A DNA stretch of 64,000 nt from contig NC_086108.1 of the NCBI RefSeq assembly GCF_963921235.1, forward strand, positions 40,612,001 through 40,676,000, in the 5' to 3' direction. Below are positions 1 through 14,159 of the stretch, piece after piece. The stretch is from Mobula hypostoma (lineage: Eukaryota). A program made the position numbers and the translations under genes. Below the pieces are notes generated by a model that worked only from the letters and a program-made list of their open reading frames with translations, did not search any database and was not told the DNA's origin. The stretch's first letter is position 1. Each line of letters starts with the position of its first letter.

Positions 1-3000
1 CTTCGCTTTATTTTAAAGTTTTAGTAATCAAAACTCTTGTTTATAATTCTCTGTCACTTCATATGAATTCAAGGCCAGAACAAGCAAAATGAAACGATGT
101 TATGCTTTGGACTAAAAACAAGGTCATCGAACAGAAGGTTAAAGGTTTAGAGCAGATGGCAGAATGAAATGGGACTAATGGCTCTCTAGTCCTTTCCCCA
201 GATTAATGGATGGAAAATGAAGCCATGTTATGTATCTCTGCAATTTCTCTCTCATTTAACATCAGATTTTTAAAAATACAAAGGAATAGTCCTTTTGGGT
301 GTATTGTTGAGAATGTGTTCTTGTGGAGCATTTCCTATTGTGAGAACTTAAGTTCTTTGGGCGAATGCCTGACTATTAATGAAGTAGGTTAAATCATGCC
401 CTTGAATTCACCCCATCCTTTTGTGGTGGCCATTTACTGTCGGTTGTAAGTGTTGTATGAACAGGTGAGGTCAGGTGAGGGCATCAAAATAAAGCACATG
501 TTTCTTTCAGACAACATGAAAATCCTCACCATAGGATAAAAAGTCAATTAATATACTTAGTAAACCCCTGATGAACAGTGAACGAGTTGCCAACAGTGTA
601 AGTTTTTGTAATGTGTCGAACAGCTAGTAACTAAAGGATATATTGGCACTTTGGGTCAATAACTCAGCAATTTCTGCTGGTTGTAGGAGTAACTATGCTT
701 CTTGCATGGATTCTGTTAAACTATGATTCCTCGAAACCAAGCATCAGAGGAGTGCAGAGGCCCTGTGTGGACTGCGGAAGGAGTGTACCTCCCAATTTGT
801 AGAAAACTCTGTGGTTCCCACATTAGACATATTATTCATTTCCAGATCAACAAAGCTAGAGTGGAAAGAAGACATCCTCAACTTCTGATGGATTATTGTC
901 CAAGAGGAAGATTCCTCACTTTAATTTTTACCTGATAGAATTTCACAACTTTCCACGCTGACAGACAAGCGAGAGAATTCTGGCAAATTCTTTGATCCAG
1001 GTGGCTAAAGGCCGAATTTCAGCATAATGATGATTTTACAAATGTAAACATTGTACACAGATCACTTTAAACAAAAAAATACTTCAAAATATGGAATAAG
1101 TCTGAAAGTATTTAATCTGTTTAAAACATAGCTCCTTGTCATTGTGAATAATTATGTTTGCACCAGATGGAGGGGGAAAAACCGTCATATTTTTCCAATG
1201 ATTCCCACAAGTTAATTTGAAATTGCTTTCTTGGTTTAATATATTTATGCAGCTGGGTAGCTGAGCTTTGAAGTAAGGCATACAGGAACTGCAGTAAGGT
1301 TTGAAATACCCCATGAGGCTTGAGCTGTGACCACCAGGCTACACCATGCTGTTTTAAAATGTTGCCCATTCAAGCAGCGGGGAAACTAGTGCAGGACTTA
1401 TGTGAAGCAGTTGGATAAAATCAGAATGCATTGGAATGAAGAAGTGCATCGTTATGCTCTGCACTTGACAGCCAGGTTGAGGGGAAACAACAGATTATGA
1501 GGATGTTACATTCTTGAGGACAGCAGGCAAATGGTAAATCTAGTCCGGTAGGAAATTCTGCTCATCTATACTTAACTCCTTTTCCAGTAGGCCATACTAC
1601 GACTGGCAGTTAAACCCCTCAGTTTAATGAACAGTAGGAAAAAGAGTGGGTAAGGAGAAATTTTTTGTAATTCTTTGGTTTCAAGAGGCATAGCAATAAT
1701 GCTTGCATGATATTTTATGTGACAGAGGGATACTTCAGAGTCATTGAAAAGACACCCAAATTGAAATAAAGCTTTTGTAATGATGTGTTTCTTTAGAGAT
1801 TGTCATGACATCATTTTTTACAAATCTACTGTCTCCAACTCTACAATCCCGAGAAATATTCTCAGAATGACTCGACTGGCAGCAAAGTGAAATAACATCA
1901 GAAATTTTATTACAAAACCTAACTTCAAAGATTGATTCGTAAACACGAGCAATGAGGTAATAAATAAAGATGAAGATTGATTTTACTTTTAACTCTTGCA
2001 AAGCATACACCAAAAGACAACTGTATTCAAGTCTCCATTAGTAATGAATAAAAATCTGGCCAAAGAACCAAGCTAGTTGTAACTTGGCTTAGTGACATGG
2101 GAGTGGAATAAATGTTTGTTTAAAAAGCTCTTTTCTGGCCCTCCGTTGAATTGATGATTCAAATAGACATTTGTGTATATGGAAGAGTGATGACCTAATT
2201 ACTCATGGTTAAAAGTCACTGAGTTCATTCTCGTGAGGAGATATATGTCATTTCTCATTGCTCAGCATGTAGTAATTTGTATCATAAAGCCGCTTATTGC
2301 TCTGGTTACTTTGTGATCATTGAACTGGACTGGAATACATGATACAACTTGCTTTCTGTGCAGTATTGCATTAAGAAGAAACAGAGCAAATTCCTGCAAA
2401 TATCACTCATTGAGCCCATGAATCACATGCTGCTGTGCTGTCTCTAAAGATGTTCTTGACATGGAGACACTTTACTGATGAATATTTCATTTTATTTAGA
2501 TAAACAAAATTCCACAAGGGTTTCCAATTGAAACAAAATGATGGTCTAAATAAACTCAAATAGAATTATTGGTTGCCAGTGCATAGCTTTCAAAAGTCCA
2601 CTGACAAACAAAATGAGCATCATTGCAGAAATTAGGGACACCAGGAGTTTAAAAATGTGCAGCCAGTCTACTCCTAGCCAGTAGTCCTAAAGCAGTTTAC
2701 TGTAAGAAGTCGGGAGCATTGGCAGTTTAACCGAGTTTGGAAGTCTGAAATTGTAGCCATAGGGGCAGTCTAGAGAAGCCGGAACACAGGAAGCCTATAG
2801 CAACAATTATGGGGAAATTTGAGAGTTTGTCTGGGATTTTACAACAGCCATTACTAAAAGATGGTTGCAATTATGCTGAGAAGCTTGGAGCAACCGTCAC
2901 AGGGAGATGCACTCAGTGTCTCCACAAAGTCAGGGCCTCACTTTCAAGAATGTAATATCCTTTGATGGGCAACATTGGAAGCCCCCTTAGCTACAGACTA

Positions 3001-3434
3001 TTAGAGCAGGATGGAGCCAGAAATCCTCAACTAAAGAACCATAAACACTGTTTTTCCCCTCTTTTGAGAAAAAGGGAGAAATTATCTTTGGTAGTTGATG
3101 ATTTGCATATCTGGAGAAGACACATGTTCAGAGTCTGACTCACTGCAGTGCATGCAGGAAGACAGCCAGGCTGTATCTAAGTATTTCATGCAAACTGCCC
3201 ACAGCTCTCGAGGTGGGGACCTCCCCCACTCTGTCTCTGAGGACCTACTTGAGAGCCTCAAAAACCCTAATGGGTCAGTGGCCAGTGTTCCAAAGAGTGG
3301 CTGTCAAGCTACATGGACCAGGAATTAACTTCATAATTAGTCTCGCCAAAAATAATTTCGAACTCACTATTACCAGTGAGACAACTTCTTCTTTGTTGAC
3401 AGAACAGTTGGTGTGTGTACTTTCCACATCTGTG

Positions 3435-6400
3435 ATACAGTGAGACAATGAGGAGCCATACAGAGATTGGTTGGTTGAGTAGTGTCACAACAACAACCTT
3501 GCATTCAACATCAACAAGGACAAGGAGTTGACTATGGACTTCATAGAATAGTACTACGTGGTTCCGGCCCTTTGTTCCACAACATTGTACCAACCTTTTA
3601 ACCTACAGCAATCTAACTTAGCTCCAATATAGCCCTTTGTTGATCTTATATCCATGTGCCTAGCTAAGAGTCTCTTAAATGTCCCTGTTGTATTAGTGTC
3701 ACCATTCCCAGTACAGCATTCCAGTCTCTCACCGCTTTCTGTGTAACAGAAAAATCTCTGTGAAACTGTCCTCCACTCACCTTAAATGGATATTATCTGG
3801 TGTTGGCCATTACTGCCATGGGAAAAAATGTGCTTCGTGTCCACTCTGTCTATGCCTCTCATTATCTTATATGCCTCTTACAAGCCACCTCTTATTCTTC
3901 ATTGTTGCATTAAAAAAAAAGCCCTAGCTTGCCCAGCCTTACCTCATAAGATTGATCTCTAGTCCAGGCAACATCCTGGTAAATCTCTTCAGCACTCTCA
4001 CTAAAGTTTCTACATCCTTCCTGTAATGAGGCAACCAGAAATGAACACGATACTCACGTGTGGTCTAACCAGGGTCTTATGGAGCAGCAACATTACCATG
4101 AACTCAGTTCCTCCAACTAATGAAGGCCAACACACCATATGCCTTCTCAACCACCCTGTCAACTTGTGTGGCAACTTTGAGGGACCCATGGACCTGAACC
4201 TCAACATCTCTATGCACCTCCACACTGCTACAAATCCTAATGTTAACCTTGTACTCTGCCTTCAGGTTCAACCTTTACTTCACACTTTACAGATTGAGTA
4301 CTATCTGACACTTCTCAGCCCAGCTCTGCATCCTACCAAGTCCCATTGTAACCTACAACAACCTTTTATGCTATCCACAACACCACAAGCTTTCCTGTCA
4401 TTGCAGACTACGATCCCACCCTTGCACTTCTTCATACAAGTCATTTATAAACATCACAAGGAGCAAGTGTCCCAGAACAGATGCCTACTGAACACCACTA
4501 GTAACAGATTTCCAAGCATAATATGCTCCATCTACTAGCACCCTCTGCCTTCTGTGGGCAAGCCAATTCTGAATCCATGTAGCCAAATTTCAATGAATCC
4601 CATGCTTCATATTATTATAAATGAGCTTAAGATGGAAGCCTTGTTGAACGCCTTTCTAAAATCCATATGCAGCACATCCACTGTTCTACCTTGAAGAACT
4701 CAAAATGGCTTGTAAGGCATGATCTGTCCCTCACAATATCCCTAATCAGAATTCTCTCCAATAATTTGCCTACCATTTGTTGTAAGATCCACTGGTCTAT
4801 AACTCCAGGATTATCCCTATTATTTTTCTTGAACAAAGGAATAATATTTGCCATCTTCTAATCTTCATGCTACTCCTTCAACCAGCGAGGACACAAAGAT
4901 CATCGCCAAAGGTGCAGGAATCTTTTCCCTCACTTCTCATATTAATCTGGAGCATATCCCATCCAGTCGCAAGAATTTACTTATTCTAATATTTTTCAAA
5001 AATTGCAGCACATCCTTTTACTTATCATGGACATGTTCCAGCAAATTAGCATGTTCTACGCTGAACTCACCCCCGTCAAAGTCCCTCTCACTAGTGAACA
5101 CTGAAGTAAAGTATTCATTAAGGACCTCCCTTACCTTCACCAAATCCAAGGAATCCACCAAATCTTTTATCCCTGATCATCCCTACCTTCACTCTCATCA
5201 TCCTACTGTTCTTCACATACGTGTAGAACACCTTGGGATTTTTCTTCATCCTATTTGCCAAGGCCTTATCATGTCCACTTTTAGCTCTCTAAGTCCATTC
5301 TTAAGCTCTTTCTTGGCTACTTTATAACTCTCATGAGCCCTGTTTGATCCTTGCTTCTTAAATACTAAGTATGCTTCCTTCTTCCTCTTGACTAGATATT
5401 CCACTTCTCTTGTCAATCATGGTTGCTTCATCCTATTATCCTTTCCCTGCCTCAATGGGACAAACCTACCAGAACCCTGTGCATGTGCTCCTTAAACAAC
5501 CTCCACATTTCTGTTGAGCATTTCCTCAAGTACATCTGTTCCCAACTTACTACCTAATAGCATCATAATTCATCCTCCCCTAATTAAATGCTTTCCCATA
5601 CCATCTATTCTTGTCCCTGTCTAAGGCTATGGCAAAGGTCAGGGAGTTGTGGTCACTGTCTCTGAAATGCTCACCCACCGAGAGATTTGTCACCTGACTT
5701 AGTTTAATGCCTCGTACTAGATCCAGTATGACCTCTCCTTTAGTCAGCTTGTCTACATAGTGTGCCAGGAATCCTTCCTGGACACATCTAAAAACCCCTG
5801 GGGAGGATGAAAGCATACTCCTAATGGAGTGATTGCTCCCATCTTTAGCCACACTAACTCAATAGACAGTCCCTCCATGATGCCCTCCTTTTTTGCAGCT
5901 GTGATACTATCCTTGATTAGCAATGTCTCTGCCCCACCCTATTTATTATCGCCCTGCCCCTTTTGACACATCTAAATCCTGGAACATCCAGTAGTCATTC
6001 CTGCCCAAGTCTTTATAATGGCCACAACATCCTAGCTCCAACTACTGATCCATGCTCATCTTATTCATCACTCTTGTCCCTAATACTTTTCACATTAAAT
6101 TTGACATACTTCAACCCATATAATTAACTTCATAGATGGTGCATCGACTGTCCATGCTTCTTCATAGTCTCTCTACTCATTTCATCTAACAGTACAACAA
6201 CTGCTCCATCATCTGACTGATCACTCTGGTTCCCATCATCCTGTCAAACTCGTTTAATCTCTCCCCCCACCCCACCATCCCTAACAGCTATCCCTCGCCA
6301 ACCCAGTTTTAAACCCTCCCCAACAGCTCTAGTAAAACTGCCCACGAAGACATTGGACCTTCTTGAGTTCAGGTGTAAACTGAGCCTTTTGTACAGGTCA

Positions 6401-7435
6401 TACTTTCCCCAGAAAAGTTCCTAACAATCCACAAATCTGAACCTTTGCCCCTGCACCAGTTTTTCAGCCATACATTCACCTGCTAAATTATCCCACTCTT
6501 ACCCTCACTGGTACGTGACACAGATAGTAATCCAGAGATTTCTACCCTTGCAATCCTGCATTTTAGCATCCTACTTAGTTCCCTATATTCACTCTTCAGA
6601 ACCTCATCCCTTTTCCTACCTATGTCAAAGGTATCGATGTGTACCATGACTTCTACCTGCTCTCTCCCCCTAAAGAATGCTGTGGATCTGAGATGTCCCT
6701 GACCCTACCATTTGAGAGGCAACATACCATCCGTCTCCTTGACATATACAATAATCTCCAGTCTGTTCCCTAACTATTAAATCTCCACCACTCTCTTCTC
6801 CCCCCATCTCCCTCCCCACTTCCCCTGGAAGCCACAGAGCCAGATGCCAGAGACATGGTAGCTGTGGAAGGGGGAGTTGAAGATCACACAGCAGTCCTCG
6901 TTGAGGGGTCAACAGTGGAAAGGGTGACCAGCTTCAAGTTCCTTTGTGTCAACATTTCAGAGGATCTACCCTGGGCATGTCAGTAGCTCCAGTTCATTAG
7001 GATTTGAGAAGATCTGGTTTGCCATCAAAGGATCTTGCAAGTTTCTATAGATGCATTGCTCCATCATGACCTAGTAGGGGTTTCCAATATGCACCATCAC
7101 AAAATGCTGCAGAGGGCTGTAGACTCAATTAGCTCCATCACAGGCACAACCCAACCTGGCATGGAGGACATCTTCCAAATGGGTGCCTCAGGAAGGTGGC
7201 ATCTATCAGTGAAGACCCTCACCATCTGAGGCATATCCTGTTCTCATTAATCCTCAGGCACAGGGGCCTGGAAACCCACATTCAACATTTTAGGAACAGC
7301 TTCTTTCCCTTTGATATCAGTCCATAAACCCATGAACACTGCCTCGTTAATTGTCTTTTACACTTTATTTATTGTGACATAGTAATTTTTAAGTTTTGCA
7401 CTGTACTTCTGCAAACCAACAAATTTTTCAGCATA
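3435..7435 (+). mobile_element. Rex1/Babar-type LINE 3' fragment split in two (3435-3542 and 6866-7435) by a CR1 insertion
   Basis: Degenerate RT C-terminal text (...aacaacaaccttgcattcaacatcaacaaggacaaggagttgactatggacttca) resumes after the insertion as ggaagggg...gtggaaagggtgaccagcttcaagttcct. This fits the NNLxLNxxKTKExxxDFR...VERVxSFKFLG pattern and is followed by an AT-rich 3' UTR. Confidence 0.75.
3543..6865 (-). mobile_element. Degraded, nearly full-length CR1 LINE (ORF1 esterase remnant, ORF2 endonuclease and RT remnants)
   Basis: Minus-strand remnants: ANIIPLFKK..DNPG and RSCLTSHFEFF (RT); GEVILDLV...VGEHFRDSDHNSL (end of APE endonuclease); WGKYDLYKRLSLHL at about 6370-6411 (ORF1 SGNH-esterase DGLHL motif). 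A CR1-type ttctat tail lies at about 3543. Confidence 0.85.
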
Positions 7436-7436
7436 A

Positions 7437-8560
7437 GCACAAGAGATTCTGCAGATGCTGAAAATCTGGAGCAACCCACACAACATGTTGGAAGCATTCA
7501 GCTAATCAGGCAGTATCTATAGAGTGGAGTAAACAGTTGATGCTCTGAGCCAAGATCCTTCATCAGGACTGGAAGTGAAGAGCGAAGAAGCCAGAATAAG
7601 AAGATGGGGGAGGGAAAGAACGAACTGGCAGGTATTAGGTGTGACTAGGTGAAGGGGAAGGTGAGTGAGTGGGGAGGGGGAGAGGGGATGAAGTAAGAAA
7701 GAGGACATCTCAGATGTTCTAGAATGGAAAGCCTCATCCTGAAAACAGATGTAGTACAGATGGAGGAACTGAGAAAAAGGAATAGCATTTTCACAAGTTA
7801 CAGGGTAGGAAGTGGTATAGTCAAGATGGTTGTGAGAGCCAGTAGGTTTATAAAAGATATCAGTAGGGAATCTTTTCTCCAGAGATGGAAACAACGGGAT
7901 CGAGCAAGGCGAGGGAAGTATCAGAAAAGAGCCAAGTACGTGAGGGTAGGGTGGAAGTAGGAGACAAAGTTGATGAAATTAATGAGCTTGGCATGGGTTC
8001 AGGAATCAGTACCAATGCAATCGTCAATGTAATGTAGAAAGGACTGGGGAGCATTTACCGGTGTAGGCTTGGAACATGGACTGTTCCACATAGCTAATGA
8101 AAAGGTAGTCGGAACTGGGGGCCATGCAGGTGGCCATGGCTACACCTTAGATTTAGAGAAAGTGGGAGGAGCTGAAAGAGAAATTGTTGAGGGTGAGAAC
8201 CAGTTTCACCAGACGGAGGAGGATGATGATGGAGGGGAACTGATTAGGTATGTTGTCTAGAACTTTAAGCCCTTCCTGAAGAGGGATAGAAGTATATAGG
8301 GACTGGATATCAATAGTGAAAACGCAGCAACCAGCGACCAGGGAACTTTGAATGATTGAAGCAATTGAGAGCTTGTTAAGTGTCACAGATTTAGGTTGGA
8401 ACAGACTGAACCAAGAGGGACAAAATGGAGTCGAGATATGTGGACAAGATTTCAGTGGGGCAGGAGCAGGCAGAAATAATGGGCCTACCTGGACAGTCAG
8501 TTTTGTGGATCTTAGGTAAGAGTTAGAAACGAGCAGTGTGGGGTATGGGAACTATGAGTC
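7437..8560 (-). mobile_element. Penelope-like element fragment (RT and 3' terminal repeat)
   Basis: ORF remnants FTIDIQSLYTSIPLQEGLK and TDIFYKPTGSHNHLDYTTSYPVTCENAIPFSQFL are typical PLE RT motifs. The terminal repeat carries a degenerate hammerhead motif at about 7530-7572. Confidence 0.85.
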
Positions 8561-9097
8561 AGTGATAATGACCCCGATTCTGAGTCACAGCTGACATCCT
8601 GTGCACACTGTATCTATCATCCAGATGGGTATTTTTATTGTCCAAGAGTGGAGGTGTGAAAGTCGCAGTGGTCCAGTTGGTGAGATAACTAGAGCAAGTT
8701 ACTGAACCCAGATCCAGGGCCTTTACTGGTCCACTATTGCCAATATTGGCACTGAAAATTAACCCAATCAGTTTGTAAGATATACATTGCCAATATATCG
8801 TATACAAAAGTTCAATATTTGCACTTGACAGCTTTTAAAATCCAACAGTAAAGACTTAGTGAAAGAGTATGCGAATATAACAAACTCACATATAATACAT
8901 TCTTTGACACAGTACACATGCATGTTGTATGAAAATGCCATCAATTCTCTGCTGGTTTTTGTTAACAATCCAGCAAGTCTATAAGGTCAGGGCTGGCCTT
9001 TTAGCTGGTGAGACACTGTTCACATCACAAAGGGCATCTTTGGCCCTGTGTGTCAGCTCCACTCCAGGACAATTAGAAAGTCTACAAGTCCATTTAA

Positions 9098-9217
9098 TAG
9101 AACATAGAACATTACAGGCAGTACAGGGTCTTCAGTCCATGATGTTGTGCCAACTTTTAAACTACTCTAAGACCAATCTAACCCTTCGCTCTTACATAGC
9201 TTTCCATTTTTCTATCT
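9098..9217 (-). mobile_element. CR1 3' end fragment
   Basis: aatagaacatagaaca tail plus gatgttgtgcc, the same as other CR1 3' ends in the window. Confidence 0.6.
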
Positions 9218-10619
9218 GTTGAATTGCTTGTACATGCAATGTGCGAAGAATACCATTTTAATACACAAGTCATCACTGTGGACACTGAATTTTCCTGTAA
9301 AAAAGCACAAGGGATCTAAAAATGAAGAGTTTCAAATTATTTTTGAGAGGACTATTCAGCTGCTGGGTCAGGCGGCTTCTATTGCCAGTCCTCCAGCTAT
9401 GGTAGCTTGGCAGAGATGGGCGGGAGAACAGTTGTGTAGTGAACTCTTTAGCCACCAGGTTGTGAAGTAGGGGGAGAGTATGCTGTTTCTTTTGCATCAC
9501 TTTGGCCACTGACCCACAGGGGTTCCTTCTGGGATGATCAACCCCAGGGGGCATTCTCTATCTACTTCAGATTCCAGAGGCTACTTCAATCTACTTAGTG
9601 TTCAAGTTTTGCTTGAGCAGGAAAATTTAGGCTAATTTTTCAGTATCAGGTATAAGGGCTGCTACACTGCTGAAGATGCCTATTAAACCAAGGTAGGTGT
9701 CTTCTCTTGCATTGACTTAGCTTCACTTTTTACTAAAGAGGAATGTGGTAGCAGGGTGCAGGAGGGGCTTGGTGTCACCTGGGGTCCTACCCGATATTTA
9801 TACTGCAATCAACATAACAGGAACAGATTGTATTATCCTAGTTCTATTACATTGCTGATCACGGGAACTTTTGGTGCAGAGATTTATTGGCACTTTTCTA
9901 GCTACTTCGTTATGATCTTGCACTACTCATTTTCAGTAGATTTTACATTTTATTCTGCATTGTTATTGTTTTACCTCAATGCACTGTGCAATGATTTGAT
10001 CTGTATGAACAGTATAGAGGACAAATGTTTCACTGTACCTTGTTACATATGAAAATAATAATACAATACCAATACCTACCTTACAAAAGTGAATACAAGT
10101 GAAAGTACTTCGTTGTTTGTAGTGTTCTGGGATGAGTCAAGGCTGTCAAGAGAGCTAGACCTCAGTCTTAATTTTTCAGCTCAGTTGCAAAATTATTAAA
10201 ATATTCTAGAATTTGTTGATTTTTAGGATAGAGCCAATCGTCAATACGTAACTGGTACATTACTGTTGTTCAGAGAAACTCCCGTTTCAGTGTTCCAACA
10301 CAGAGTTTAAACGATCGATTGAATTTCATTACTAAATGTTTGGTTCACGGTCCACACAAGCAGCCCAAAGCAGAGGGCTGTGGTCTCTGGAAGTGTAATA
10401 CGTTCAATAGAATTCCTCACGTGTGGCTTTTCCATTAACACTTCCCTGTCAGATTATGAATGTGTTCCGATCGTGGAATTAATCGCTCTCTACTGTCCCT
10501 TTGGATTGTCATTGGTGGATGCCACTAGATTAACTCAATAACTTCATCATTTTGCTTCATATATAAATCAACAGAGGGTGACTACCTCACAGATTTGGGA
10601 AGTGTTCTCTCAATGTGCA

Positions 10620-11720
10620 GCAGACGGGGTGTACAAGGGGGAGGCGTGTCGCTTTAAATCTCCTTTGCTCAGTGTGCTGGACTAGATGGCTGCTGTGCAG
10701 GTGCAGAGTACTTCCTGACCGTTAATTCTTTGCAGCACAGTCCTGACCGCCAACCCCCACCCCCAAGGTAGCTGCAGGCCAGCTGTGCATAATTTTTAGA
10801 GCTGGGAAACTCAACGATTGCACGGGGGGGGCGGGGAGGGTGTGAAGAGGGCAATATTGGTAACCGACGGCAAAGTGGAAAGAGGTACATCTGTCTGCCG
10901 CTGCTGTATTGTTTCAGCGGAGAAGCGCCTCAGAAGGTGTAGTCAGACCCCAATTGATTCCCCAGCTGCATTGCCTGGGCGCCATTGTAAGTTATGAGCA
11001 ACTCTCGGGGCAGCGATGTGCTCCGCGAGAGCAGCTCATAGCCGCGCCGCCTTCTGTAATTGTGGATTCTGTCGTCTGTGTGGAGCGACATTCCTCAGTG
11101 GCAGACGCGTGCAAAAGTTCAAACCATCAAGTGCGCGACGGTGAAACGTGACTCCCCGCCGCCTTGTCTGGAGGGCTTCTGTGGGAGTCCGGGTCGCATT
11201 CCAACGCAAGAGTGCAACAACAAGGCCGGGGCATTTAGGGGCTGCACGGCTGCATTCCTCCTGTAGGTGTAAAGCCCTTTACATCGAAACACTATTTGTT
11301 TTGTTCCAATATGACAATCCACCCGTAAATCAGTCGTTGAATAGTTTAAAGAAATAAAGAAGTCCTAGCCGTTCTGAGGGAGAGCGCCAGAGGATTCCAT
11401 TGCCTGATCATGTTTTAAGAAGGACCGGCCGAGGAGAGTGACTCGAAGCCAGGAGCTGAGTTTAAAATATTCGACTTCCCAGATTTTTAAGTCTTGCACT
11501 TGAACTTGAGTCTGTTTTGTCTGGGCTCAGACCAGTGCCTCCGGATCGAATAACTCACTCACACAAGTAACTGCTCCATTTAAAGTGGGGGGAGGGGAGG
11601 AAGAGTAATTACAGCCTGTCTGTCTACTTTAGGTTTGAATTATCGCTCCTGCTAGCTCACCCTTAATGGCCACGAGAAGCTCAGTAGTTGAAATAGCAGG
11701 GCGCCTGAAACAAGATGACT
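10620..11720. promoter_or_regulatory. CpG/GC-rich island, putative promoter or enhancer
   Basis: Visibly CpG-dense and repeat-free in a CpG-depleted background. GC box GGGGCGGGG at 10828-10836, KLF/SP-like GGAGGCGTGT at about 10640, YY1-like CGCCAT at about 10980. Confidence 0.55.
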
Positions 11721-12289
11721 GACTCTTAACAGGGCCATAAAGTGGGGGGAAACTGAAATAAGCAGAGTTAATCTTCATCACATCTCCAATTTAAATTCCA
11801 GTCGGAATAGTTGTGTTCTTGGTTCACTTTTTCCTTTAACCCTTCGAGCTCCATATTCTGAAGTGACTTTGCTGTTCAGATTTGCCTGTCAAATAGGATC
11901 TGGTTTGCTCGTGTTGCTCTTTGCAGCTCCATGAGTTGGTAATTTCCATGCATGAAAGGTTTTTTTAAGTGTCCAGTTCTCTGCCAACCCTCCCTCTATG
12001 CCTATGAAGGGCAAATTCTGTGGCTCACAAGGGCAGCGTTCTGACTGCAAGACAAAGGTGAAGCTAGTCTTTCCTGGCAGGAATTTCTGGGCATTACCCA
12101 TGTCCTATTTTCTAAGCAATTCACATTGTGGTTTCCATACTCAGTGACAGGTTGGAGATCACCAAAGCCATTTTGTATTAGCATGAAGTCTCCCAGCATA
12201 GGGTTGAATTAATTGGTCATCGGTGGTTTATGCTTTGGGAGCTCTTGGACTTCACAGCAAATGCAGTTAGATGCAGAATCCCAAAAGAT

Positions 12290-12700
12290 GCAAGAGTCAG
12301 AAACAGGAGGCCATTCAGCCCTTTGTATCGGCTCCACCATTTGGTAAATCCATGGCTGATATTTTACCTCAGCAGTACTTTTCTGGATTAACTTCATGAT
12401 TCCTTTAAGTTTACAAAAATGTAAACACACCTCTTGAGTAGAGAATTCCAAAGGTTCACCACCTTGTGGATGAAGAACCTTTTTTTCTCCTCAGATCTGA
12501 AATGCTGGTCCCTGAATTTGAAGAGTCGATGCTTAGCCTGGACATTAAAGTCAGTGCAAACATCATCCCAACATCTTGCCTTTTGAGGCTCCACTATAAT
12601 CGTTCCTTCTAACCTCAAGAGAATGTAGGCTTAATCTCACTTCATAGAACAAACTTCTGTCCGATGAATCTTCATGGTATTACCATAATCCATGGATAGG
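12290..12700 (-). mobile_element. CR1 3' fragment
   Basis: ORF remnant FRSEEKKRFFIHKVVNLWNSL (CR1 ORF2 C-terminus) and a CR1-type tail (aggaggccattcagccc). Confidence 0.7.
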
Positions 12701-12974
12701 GAGATAAAACCTGGTTCAATCTCTATATTCCAGGTTTCATCTCACCAGAGCTGATTAAAGTCCAAATACATTAAATCAACTCACTCTCCTTAATCATTAA
12801 GTTAGTCCGACACATCCTTAACGTCAGGTGGTTCCTACCAGATTGCGTGCTGCCTGAAGAGAAGACCTCAGATTTGTCTTTAGCATTGCGACAGGGAGGG
12901 CTAATGTAGGAATAGGTTTTGAATAGGTTTCCTGTTTGATCTGAATAGTCTTTGGATACCGCAAAGGACTGCTA

Positions 12975-13895
12975 AACACAGGCGCAGCTCAAGGATGTGT
13001 ACTTAGGTCATTATTTTACTCTTTCTATACTCATAACTACATGGCTAGGCACAATGAAAGCACCATTTGCAGATGACGGTGACGATGACGCCTGTAGAGG
13101 TGGCTGGTTGAGTGATATTGTAACGATAACCTTTCACTCAGTGTCAGCAAGACCAAGGAATTAATTGTGGATATCAGGAAGGGGAAGTCAGCAGAATATG
13201 ATTCAATTCTCATTGCGGTGTCAGTGGTGGAAAGGGTGAGCAGAATTCATATTTCTCGGTGTTAGTTCCATCCTGAGCCCAACATATAGATGAAACCAGG
13301 AAGAAGGCTTGTTAGTGGCTTTATTTTGTTCGAAGTTTGAGATTTGGTATGTCACCAAAAATTCTTACAAAAGAGCATTCTGATTGGTTACATCGCAGCC
13401 TAGTAGAGAGCTTCCAATGGACAAGTTCACAACAGGCTTTAGAGCAGGGTTTCCCAGCCTTTTTTTTATGCCATGGACCCCTACAATTAACTGAGGAGTC
13501 CAAGGACCCCAGGTTGGGAATTCTTGCTTTAGAAGGTTGGCCAGCATCATCATAGGCCCAACTCTTCCCCACCATCGAAGATGACATCAAGAGGCAGCGT
13601 CCATCACTAAGGGCCTTTACCATCTGGGACATACCCTCTTCTCATTACAACCATCAGGGAGAAGGTCAAGGAGCCTGAAGATCCATTTTAATAATTCAGA
13701 ACACAGTATTTTCTCCTCTGCCATCAGACTTCTGAATGGACCATATGCCCCTGAATACGGTCTCATTATTCCTTTTTATTGCGCTATTTATTTTGTAATT
13801 CTAAGTAATTTTATGTCTTTGCACTGTGTTGCTGCCACAAAAAAGTAATATTTCACATGATATATGACAGTGATAATAAATCTGATTCTGATGTT
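12975..13895 (+). mobile_element. Rex1/Babar-type LINE 3' fragment (degenerate)
   Basis: Remnants of TGAPQGCVL, FADD and SKTKELIVD; tail aataaatctgattctga. Confidence 0.7.
13445..13526. mobile_element. hAT (Charlie-like) MITE, 82 bp
   Basis: Imperfect TIRs cagggtttcccagcct / aggttgggaattcttg. 8-bp TSD ctttagag (13437-13444) / ctttagaa (13527-13534). Confidence 0.75.
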
Positions 13896-14159
13896 GACCT
13901 GCTGAAAAGTCTTGTGTAGTCTGTAATGGCAGGGGCCTATCAGTGGGTTCTGGGATTACAGGTCTTAAGCTACACAACCGGAAGCTGGACTGCAGCATGG
14001 AGACTAGCTGGATACTGGTTGGTTGTGGAGGGGCAGCTCAACTACCCTATATCTCATGGGAAGATTAGTGTAGATGGGTGGAAGTTTGGGCAGGGATCTG
14101 TGTCCTAGTATAGTTCAACCTGTAGAAAATTGCCCCAAACTTAAGCATAGCAAAATTTT

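Noticed and set aside
4026..5327. Long plus-strand ORFs (170 and 159 aa)
   Set aside because: Antisense shadows of the CR1 ORF2 on the minus strand.
10669..11357. ORFs in the CpG island as a protein-coding first exon (e.g. nanos, a neighbour of miR-181c/d in mammals)
   Set aside because: No CCHC nanos zinc fingers or other recognisable motifs in the frames examined. Overlapping short ORFs are expected in GC-rich DNA.
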